Below are positions 52,705-64,000 of a stretch of 64,000 nt of DNA, in pieces (positions within the stretch are counted from its first letter, which is position 1; each line of letters opens with the position of its first letter). The DNA lies in the NCBI GenBank assembly GCA_951406725.2, contig OX597821.1, positions 77,128,001 to 77,192,000 on the forward strand. The letters run 5' to 3'. This DNA comes from Octopus vulgaris. Its lineage: Eukaryota. The notes beneath the pieces were generated by a model. The model made no database searches and was not told the origin of the DNA. It saw only the letters and a list, made by a program, of their open reading frames with translations. The position numbers and the translations under genes are program-made.

Positions 52705-54834
52705 TGATAATTAGGGAAAAGGAGGATTAAAAAATCCTGAGAGACATCAAGAGATCACTCAGTATTAAAAGAATTCGGTTAACAATATGCAACAATTAGA
52801 CACTAGTAAATGTAAGTAGAGTACAGATCCCAGGTAAATCCAAATATCCTTTGACAGAATTTCGAAAAATTCAGAATATTTTACAACAAAAGATGAATGA
52901 TATAGGCGCAGGAGTGGGTGTGTGGTAAGAAGCTTGCTTCCCAACCACGTGATTATCGGTCAATAACATTGACTGATTTCCAACAAAGGAAGCTTCACTT
53001 CCTGGTCAGCTCAGAGTTGCCTCTCTTGATATCTAAGGCCAAAGAGAACTGACGAATTCGAAATGCATCCATCAGTCCAAAAGAGGGGGCTCTGAGCTGA
53101 CTCTGGAGAAATATTTTTCTCCGCGACAGACTATAGCGAAAAGCATTTACAAGTTCAAATATCTCACACATACATTTGAACTGGTCTTAAGTTTCTATAA
53201 AGTTCGTTAATGTAAGTTAAATTTTAAAAGAATTTATAGTGTAAACTTTGGTATTAAGCTCTTTTGAGACACGATGTGTCATGCTATCGTTATTTCATGT
53301 ATGAATTACTTTATTTTATCAACTTTGTATATATACAGCAATTTTGTATATATGCAGTTAAAGCAAAACAATAAAGTAGGAGATAGTAATATGTAGGGAA
53401 TATGAAGGATGGAGGACTCTGATAAAGAATGAAGATGAAGTGTGATGGGGTGAGGAGAGCGACAGGAACTTAATCCAAGTGTTTGTTGTTCGTAATGCTA
53501 ACAGAAAATCAGTTCTGATTGTCCAGATGTAAGATCAAAAGACATTTAGACCATGTGGTACCCAACACTTTTTGCAGACATATTGTACTTTGGACATATG
53601 GTACTAAGATGTACCATATTTTTGCAGACATATGGTACAAAGATGTAAAGGCTGAAATTGAAGAATAGCCTGTCACGTGTATCAGGTCACATGTAGAAGA
53701 TCGACCGAGCAAATAGGATCTCCCTTTTTGGTACCAAATGGTAGAAACTGTTGGAGATTTTATATTTTATGGCTGTAAACATTGTTAAATTCCAGAAAAA
53801 ATTTAACGATTCCTCAGGGATGTAAAGCAAAGTTGACTCTGGTGAGATTTGAACCCAGATAATAAAGAAAGGATACTAAATACCGTAAGGCATTGAATTC
53901 GTTTCTGCTAAACAGGAAAAATTGGATCCACTTTTAGGAAACCTATAGTCTGCGATAACCGGTCACGATTTCTGAAAATTTGATTCCTTTCATTTGCAGA
54001 TTAAAATACAAATTTTACTTCCCAGAACGCCTCTCACGAACAAATGATTTAGCATTTAAAAACGATATACATTCTCGTAAAGAATGGTTAGAATTGAAAG
54101 GGCGGAAGTTCTTGAATTCAGAACAGCTCTCTTGAGGTTAACATTTCGTCATTCTATCTGCGAATGAAACACATTAAACTGATGTTACCAGCTGCCTTGT
54201 CACAGCAATTTCTCAAATCTCTTTATCTTGCAGTTACTCGCTCTGATAACGAGTTGCGTAAATCAAAATTATAGATCTATATACTCTACCTATCTCCTGA
54301 CTATCAAGAACACGTTATCACGTAGGAGAGAGAGAGTGAGACACGCTTTGTAAGCTTTAAAGATTGCAAATCTACAGATCAACATGAATTACTAGAAAAC
54401 AACACAATATCCTGATAACCTCACTGGTCTCCACCTACCCACTTAAGTCGCTATCAGTATTAGATTTCTTTGAAAAGAATAGAGTAGAATAGAATAGGTG
54501 TAGGATACTTGGTATAGTGTACCCGAAATACACGAAAATAGAAGAGAAATACACCGATGCAATTGCGATGTTTTCTATTATTAGAAAATGTCTCCTAAAT
54601 ATCGTAGCTGTGTACAATAATGTAGGTTTTATGTTCGTACGTATTTCGATGATAATTATTTCATCTCTTTATCCATCTCCTATCCAACACGATCACAAAT
54701 AGGATGCTGTGTAAGCATCTGAAAGATTCTGCAGATTAAGTATTGTTTCACACCAGGGATCTCGTCTGTTTCCCATGATAAGGGGCTTCAGAACAAGAGG
54801 AGAGAAGTGCTGCATTGCTTTGATGTTCCCGCTT

Positions 54835-54870
54835 AACTGATCTTTGACCACGCCCCTTTATATATATATA
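54835..54870 (-). promoter_or_regulatory. candidate Pol II core promoter (TATA + GC box + Inr)
   Basis: The minus strand reads (TA)nTATAAA-GGGGCGTGG-TCAAAGA-TCAGTT, with the Inr A at 54838. Confidence 0.4.
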
Positions 54871-55067
54871 TATATATATACAGGCATACATACATATACA
54901 TATATACACAAGCACATACACATATGCACACACTCACACACACACACGCACATATATATATATATATATATACGTTTATATATATATATATGTATGTATT
55001 TACATACATGTTCATATAAATATATTCATATATATTTATACACACACACATATATTTACGTATGCAA

Positions 55068-55113
<46 letters not shown>

Positions 55114-55485
55114 CAGATAGATAGATAGATAGATACATACATACATACATACTTATTTCTTTATTACCCACAAGGGTCTAAACATAGAGGGGACAAACAT
55201 GGACAGACATAGGTATTAAGTCGATTATATCGACCCCAGTGCTTAACTGGTACTTAATTTATCGACCCCGAAAGGATGAAAGGCAAAGTCGACCTCGGCG
55301 GAATTTGAACTCACAACGTAACGGCAGCCGAAATACCGCTAAGCATTTCGCCCGACGTGCTAACGATTCTGCTAGCTCGCCGCCTTACATACATATATAC
55401 ATACATACATACATACATACATACATACATACATACATACATACATACATACGTACATACGTACATACATACATACATACATACA

Positions 55486-55517
<32 letters not shown>

Positions 55518-56471
55518 GTCATTTCTCTTCATATATATATATATTTCGTTTTTGGATTTGGTTTGCAAGATTCTTTATGTGAGGTTGTGTCTGGAGAGAA
55601 TCATTCTCTTTTATTGCCTTATTATTTAACACACTCACCTGTAAAATTTCCACTTATTTCTTATTTTTATTTTCTAAAATTTTCGTTGCGTCTTGCAACT
55701 TTTTCAATAGTTTTGACTCTGTCCGTTATTTACACTGCGTTCCCTTTTGTTTCCCTTTTGTTTCCCGTTATTTACACGACGTTCCCTTTTGTTCCTTTTT
55801 GTTTGAAATGGCAATAAAACAACAGTAGAATGAAAAAGTTTATTTTATGTAAAGTAAAAAGCATGTCAAGATAATAAGAAATTATTATTATTATTATTAT
55901 TATTATTATTGTTTTCTGAATCCCTTTCACTCGCATTAGATTCGCGCTCACCATCACTTGAGACGCGATTGTCGATTCACAAGCACTCGTAAACGGACTC
56001 GTAGATTTCTTTTTAAAATCCAGTCTAGAGTTGTTTACATAGAAAAAGCAATTTTTCGCTCTCTATACTTTCCTCAGTATCGCGCAGAACCATTTGTTAT
56101 GGTAGTAGAAACTTTTGCATTTCGTTCGATATTTGGATTTTGTGCTTGAAAAAGTAAAACTCGTAAACAGGGGGTCTCGTAAAGCGGATCGTCGTGAGTT
56201 ATTACTGTATACATAGCAACACTGCATAAACACAAATGCATATTCACGAGTTTATTGCATTAAAAGTTGACAGTCTAACCTAGATCCAGATTTTTTAAAA
56301 CTGCTTCACATATCCAATAGAAGGGTCCTCACGGGATTTTTTCATAGCACTGAAGTAAATCTTGGTTTAGATGCAAAATCCGAGTCAAATGAGAAGAGTA
56401 CTTATGCTTTCATTTAGAATTTAGATATTGAAAACTGTCATAGACGGGGTTTTATCTCGCTAATCTTAAAC

Positions 56472-56623
56472 GGAATGACCACATTTGATGGTCAGCTGAT
56501 TTTCCTAACAATACGTATATGACTTTTGTTTTCTGTTCCAAACAACTCTGTCCAGTCTGGTATGTTTACATTTTATGGAAGTTTTCACTGGAATGTTCCA
56601 ACAATAATTCTTCTGTTGGAATG
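56472..56623. promoter_or_regulatory. cluster of TEAD/Scalloped (MCAT) motifs with E-boxes
   Basis: GGAATG at 56472, 56590 and 56618, GGTATG at ~56559, and CAGCTG at ~56493. Confidence 0.4.
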
Positions 56624-56659
56624 TAATTCAACGTCAGAAATAACTTTTATTGTATAAAT

Positions 56660-57355
56660 ACAGTGTGTGTGTATGTGTGTGTATGTATGTGTATGTATGT
56701 ATGTATGTATGTGTGTGTGTATGTATGTATGTGTGTATGTGTGTGTATGTGTGCATGTATGTATGTGTGTATGTATGTGTATGTATGTGTATGTATGTGT
56801 GTGTATGTATGAGTGTGTATATGTGTGTACGTACGTGTATATGTATGTGTATGTGTGTGTAAGTGTGCATGTGTGTATATGTGTGTGTATGTATGTGTAT
56901 GTGTGTGATTGTATATGTGTGACTGTATGTGTGTGTATGTATATGTGAGTATGAGTAAGTATACGTGTGTGTGTAAGTGTGGGGATCTATATATGTATGT
57001 GTATGTACGTGTGTGTATGTATGTGTATGTGTGTGTGCATGTATGTGTGTGCGTGTCCATCACCTCTAACAAGTCTGTCAATCTACCCACCTTAAACATG
57101 TGTGTGTATGTATGTATGCATGTATGCATATGTGTATGTATTTATGTACTTATGTATGTCATTGTTCAGCTTTATTTCAAGATTTCTTGCCAATATAGAA
57201 AGACACGGTTTCTATCCTTGATCCAAGGCTGCTTAATTGGAATTTCAACATCAACAACAGGATATTTTTGTGTGTATGTATTTTTGTATGTATGTATGTA
57301 TGTATGTATGTATGTATGTATGTATGTATGTATGTATGTATGTATGTATGTATGT
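56660..57355. repeat. degenerate (TG)/(TATG) microsatellite field
   Basis: Directly visible in the sequence. Confidence 0.9.
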
Positions 57356-58063
57356 GGTTCACCCTACTGGGTATCCAGATAGCACCTTAGTCACCAAAGA
57401 GGCTTCGTCATTTTATCGTTACATAAATAGACACCCACAAACACATAAGTATGTATTTTATTCTTTTATTTTTTTATTTGCTTTAGTCATTTGACTGCGT
57501 TCATGCTGGAGCACCGCCTTAAGTCGAACAAATCGATCCCAGGACTTATTCCTTGTAAGTCTAGTGCTTATTCTATCGGTCGCTTTTACCGAACCACTAG
57601 ATAACGGGGACGTAGACACACCACCATCGGTTGTCAAGCGATGGTAGGGGGACAAATACAGATACACAAACACATACATACATACATGCATACATACATA
57701 CATACATACATACATACATACGTACACACACACACACACACATATATATATACGACGGTGTTCTTTTAGTTTCCGTCTACCAAATTCACTCACCGAGGCT
57801 ATTGTAGAAAACACTTGCCGAAGGTGCCATGCAGTGGGACTGATTCCAGGAACATGTGGTTCTTAAGCAAGCTTCTTACTACACAGCCACTCCTGCGCCT
57901 ATATATTATATATTATAAACAAACTTTAGAGGCGTCGAATGTGTGTGGTATAATACAGACAAGAAATTAAGTTTCGAACGCAGTATAACTATGGAAACGG
58001 TAGAAAGATTAGATAAATACCCTTAGAAAACAGAACAAAAAGTTCCCAGAAGATGGCTACAGA

Positions 58064-58235
58064 CAGGGCCGGCCACCAAGAGTTGCTGAAGCCCAGAGAA
58101 AGCTGAACTTCGGCGCCCTTACAAGTATAAACTTGTTTTTAAACTTTCACAAGGAGAAAAACTGAAAGTGTAGACTAAAAAGCAAATGGCGCCCCGAGGT
58201 GACTGCCTGAGTTGCTGGTACTTTGAGCCGTCACT
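58064..58235. mobile_element. short hAT-like MITE
   Basis: Ends CAGGGCCGGC / GCCGTCACTG, subterminal GGCGCCC motifs, and imperfect 8-bp flanks gctacaga/actacagg. Confidence 0.45.
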
Positions 58236-58615
58236 GACTACAGGAGTCGAACCCGTACCCTCAGATGCCGGCTAAGCTCTCAACCATTGAGCTAAATGCT
58301 GCTGTTTTACAGCTATACTGAGTTCGAAATTTACTTTCTTTTCTGTAAAAAAATATGTGTGTGTGTGTATGTGTATGTGTGCGTGTGTGTGCGTGTATGT
58401 GTATGTATATGTTTGTATATATATATATATATATATGTATATACATACATACAAGCGTGACTGTGTGGTAAGAAGCTTACTTCCCATCCAAATGGCTCCG
58501 GATTCAGTCCAACAGCGTGGCACTTGGACCATGTGCCTTTTACTATAGTCTCGGGCCGGCCAAAACCTTGTGGGTGGATTTGGTAGATGGAAAGCCCGTT
58601 GCATATATATGTATG

Positions 58616-58679
<64 letters not shown>

Positions 58680-58914
58680 TGTCTGTGAGTGTGTGTGTAT
58701 GTGTATGTGTGTGTCTGTGTTTCTACCCACCACTATCGCTTGACAACTAATGTTGGTGTGTTTACGTCTAGTAACTTAGCGGTTTGGCCAAAGAAACCGA
58801 TAGAATAAGTACTAGGCTTACAAAGAATAAGTCCTGAGGTCCATTTGTTCGACTAAAGGCGGTGCTCAAGCATAGCCGCAGTCAAGCGACTGAAACAAGT
58901 AAAAGAATAAAAGA

Positions 58915-58992
<78 letters not shown>

Positions 58993-58999
58993 TCAGCAA

Positions 59000-59610
59000 A
59001 AATTTAGATTCAGATGAATATGGTACTTAAGTTGAGGCACCAGAATTTAGTACGGTATTATCCATACAATTTCAAAATAAGGTGATTAGAATCAAAATAA
59101 GCAACAAGGATATCCAGAGATAATGCAGTACGATCGTTTCACGCAAATCCATTTAATTGAACAATGCAACCATTACATCAATTTAAATGCAGAGCAATCC
59201 TCAGCTGCACAAAGACATAGAATTTAATTAAATTAAAACAGATGGACACACTAGTATAATTTTGCCTAAAGGAGATAGACAAAGAACATGCCGCCTTTCA
59301 TTCTACTTAGAAGCTACTAAGGAATCAGGAAGAAAGACTTGTTACAGATTTTGCTCGTCACTGTTATATGGGGTCAGTTTTAAGTTATAGACTAGCTTTA
59401 TTAAATCCTTGTATATCTAAGACCGAGTCTGTTAGGAGTAAGATTGAGGGAATCGACAGATATCATAGTGGGTATAGTCATAAAAATCAAGGTTTGTTTG
59501 AAGTAATATCATGAGAATTGGTAAAGGAAAACTTAAATCAAGATGCTAGCTGATAATTAAGGGGCTGGCCACTAGCAGACCATTGATAATGAAAACCAGC
59601 GGTTTGGGAT
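59000..59610 (-). mobile_element. Penelope-like element 3' fragment embedded in microsatellite
   Basis: The minus strand has a degraded PYN...NER...C-type tail followed by a CTGAGGAT...GTGAAACG motif typical of Penelope ends. Similar end fragments lie inside (TA)n at ~21400-21645 and ~55545-55810. Confidence 0.4.
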
Positions 59611-59615
59611 ATATG

Positions 59616-59701
<86 letters not shown>

Positions 59702-60126
59702 CGCGTGTGTGTGTGTGTAAATGTAATATGTGACAATTATTCGGTAGCCAAGATGAAACTCCGAGTTTCGGATGCCGGTGAAAATCCACGCCATCATCTC
59801 TTCAGTTATCCGGCCATCGGAAAAAACGCTATGAAAAAGGACCGTTATACAAAGGGAAATGACTGTGTTATTGACCGCTATTAAGACAAAAGAGCTATTC
59901 GAATGACCGCTAAGTAAGGTAAGAGGGTAAAAAGTTCATAGTATTCGCCTGTTCATACCTACACATGTGCGCCCGCACACCCACGTGCGTACGCATACGT
60001 TCATCCACCCTCACTTGAAAAACGTACACATACTCACTCGCATCCTTCGCCAAATGTATATGCATATACATACAAACCCCTACACACACGCGCGTACCGT
60101 AAAAGTTCATACATACGTTTTTATTA

Positions 60127-60205
<79 letters not shown>

Positions 60206-60995
60206 TAGGCAATGAGTGATACGAGAGGGTTTGCATGTATTTTCAATACGTAGGCTATTGACTTCATATTTTTACAAGTGCAACAGAAAATAAATAAATG
60301 TTGACATTTTCAAAGAGAAGAATTGAATGCAACAAGTTGTACTGGGTCACGTGTCACAAAGATCCGTTAAAGGGCGAATAAGATCATGTCCTTCGACGGA
60401 CATCGAATTAAAACCAGCAAGAGTGAGTCTGATGTAAAACTTGCGGTTTCATGCTAGTACACGTCACACTGCTTCGGTTTGTCACGAGTTATTAATCACA
60501 AAGCTTCGCAGATTTTGTCGATTCGGTGTTGTACATGCGTCCATCGCTATAATGCAATGACGTGCAGATGTCTTTTTATGGTGACCTCATTTGTCATTCT
60601 GTCTAATGTAAGTCCTATGGCGATGGATGAGTGGTGTCCTGTGCAGACCTAATCAGCTGGAAGCGCAGGGTTATGCAGCACTGCAGCGGGTTTGGATAAT
60701 CAACTAAAAGGTCATGAACGGCAAGTCAGAAGTTCCATTGAGAAACATGGAGAAAGAGATGGAAATCATGTTCAAAGCTGGAGCAATCATCATGTGTTCT
60801 TATTTTTACTTGCTTCAGTTATTTGAATGCGGCCATGCTGGAGCACCACCTTTAGTCAAACAAATCGACCCCAGCACTTATTCTTTGTAAGCCTAGTACT
60901 TATTCTATCGTATTTTTTTGGCAAACCGCTAAGTTACGGGGATGTAAACACACCAACATCGGTTGAGAAGTGATGATGGGGACAAACACAGATAC

Positions 60996-61099
<104 letters not shown>

Positions 61100-62100
61100 A
61101 TATATATATATACGACGACGGGGTTCTTTCAGTTTCTCTCTACCAAAATCCTCTCACAAGGTTTCGTTCGGCCCGAATCTACAGTAGAAGACACTTGCTC
61201 AAGGTGCCACGCAGTGGGATTGAACCCGGAACTATGTAGTTGGGAAGCAAGCTTCTTACCACACAGCCACGCCTGCGCCTATATATGTGTGATTTTTCTT
61301 TGCATTTTATCAAGTTCTTTTTCAAGTCTTGCGTGAACAAAACGACAAGACTTCTTCAGTTAAGAGGGTTCCCGGTATTTGTAAATAAGTGGTTGAGTTG
61401 GGGTGCATCTATTCACCTAAAGAATTTCAGATGGAGAATCTTTGAAATGTCTTACAGATCTTCACTGTGCCGCTAAATTGGATTGGGAAAATCCGCGTCA
61501 TGTATGTATGTATGTATGTATGTATGTATGTATGTATGTATGTATGTATGTATGTATGTATGTATGTATGTATGTGTGTGTGTATGTATGTATGTATGTA
61601 TGTATGTATGTATGTATGTATGTATGTATGCATGCATGTATATGTGTATGTATGCGTGGCTATGTGATTGTGATAAAATGAGAGGGAGGATAGGAAAGCA
61701 AGGAGAGAGAAGGAAGGAGAGAGACAGAGAGAGAGAGAAGACAGACAGACAAACAGAGAAGTGTTGAACGTAGCTCTAATAGCTAAATCCAATTTCACAT
61801 GTGTCTGTATTCACATGTGATGTTTCCCTATTCACATGTGGGTTTATTGCATTCACATGTGACGGCGCAATTATATTCACACGCGACATTATTCTAACCT
61901 CGTCACATAACATCCACTTATATGCCGCCATCTTATTCTGATGGTGTCGTAACTTCTCAAGTACTTCGTGTTTTTGTTAGATACTTTACCACCGCGTGTG
62001 AGTGTGGGTGGGTTTCTGATTGTGCCTATTTATATGAACCTATCTGTGTGCGTGTGTATATATATATGTGTGTGTGTGTCACTATGTATGTGCGTGCAGT

Positions 62101-62165
<65 letters not shown>

Positions 62166-62379
62166 GTCATTTTATGTTTGTTAGTGTGAATCAACGTCAA
62201 TGCTTTCTATGACAAATGGCCTCTCTTACATATCACCACCTGCTCATTGCAAACGCACACATATACTCGTGTACACATACATGCAGACGCATAAATACGC
62301 AGACATGCATGCACGTACGCACAAGGAACATAAAGATGTCACCTAGTCACGTATATTTGCTTAAAACCATGTATTAATA

Positions 62380-63155
<776 letters not shown>

Positions 63156-64000
63156 ACTACATATGTTTGATTTCTATCTCTGTTCTTCTTCTTCTCGACT
63201 CTTCGAACCTCCTGCTGTTGAAATGCAAGCCCTTAAGTATTCGAGGCTAAGGCGTTGTCTTGATTAACCTTCAACTCCCACGGTACCCAGACGTTCGTTT
63301 TTTTCTTGTGTTCTTGACAACTACTTATTCCAGCTTCCACTTTTCAATTACCAAGACACTTAAGCTCTTTCAAACGCTTATGACAGGATCTGACTTACGT
63401 ATCGGAACAATGTTCTGGCCACATCGATGAAAAAAAAAAAATTAAGAATCACGCTCGCTAGGGCCTCTTAATTCGAAAGAGCTTACAACATTTTAATTTC
63501 CCTGTGTGTGTGTGATTGTATGTATTTCTCTGTATATATGTAAGTGTATGTACCTCTGTGCGTGTCTTTATATGTGAGCATGTGTGGCCCGAAAGTTTGC
63601 GGGGGGGGGGCAGTTGATTACATCGAAATCAGTACGCAACTGGTACTTAATTTATCGACCCCGAAAGGATGAAAAGCAAAAAAAAAAAACAAAGATGCTC
63701 TCGGCGGAATTTGAACTCAGAACATAAAGACAACTAAGCATTTCGCCCGGAATGTTAACGTTTCTGCCAGCTCGCTGCCTCAGTTCTTCGTATTCTATTA
63801 CAGTACAAGTTTATATTTGTGACTACCGACGTTAATAAATTAAAGCCACTTTTCTTCATCAGCTTTCAACTTCTTCAACACCCAATTGCATTTGACTTTT
63901 ATAATTACATTATATTAGCTTTTATTTCTTTATTATCATATCTATATCTATAAAAGAGTCCTTGGACGAAAATTGTATGCACATTTTGCTTTGACGGTTA

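Noticed and set aside
61794-61886. CRISPR-like repeat-spacer array
   Set aside because: Eukaryotic context, only a 10-bp repeat with 6-14 bp spacers, and no cas genes.

Overview
AT-rich, microsatellite- and SINE-dense animal genomic DNA; the repeat content strongly suggests an octopus. One protein-coding gene is supported: a vestigial/VGLL-family gene on the minus strand. I can see an internal exon at 18520-18948 with the (R/K)FPASFWDS motif and a terminal exon at 12786-12838 ending ...VQQTKKEFYW*. Its TEAD-binding TONDU exon was not found and probably lies beyond base 64000. The main unexplained signal is in the upstream intron at 20.6-28.4 kb: six diverged tandem copies of a ~120-130 nt element, sense to the gene. 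On the minus strand each folds as hairpin - ANANNA - hairpin - ACA+3 nt, with covarying stems and a 14-nt upper-stem-to-ACA spacing. This reads as an unannotated tandem array of box H/ACA snoRNAs inside a developmental regulator. The rest is three SINE families, MITEs, a non-autonomous Helitron, LINE and Penelope fragments, simple repeats and some candidate regulatory clusters (TEAD sites, E-boxes, a TATA+Inr promoter). All folds and alignments were done by eye, and most ORFs in the track are microsatellite or SINE artefacts.
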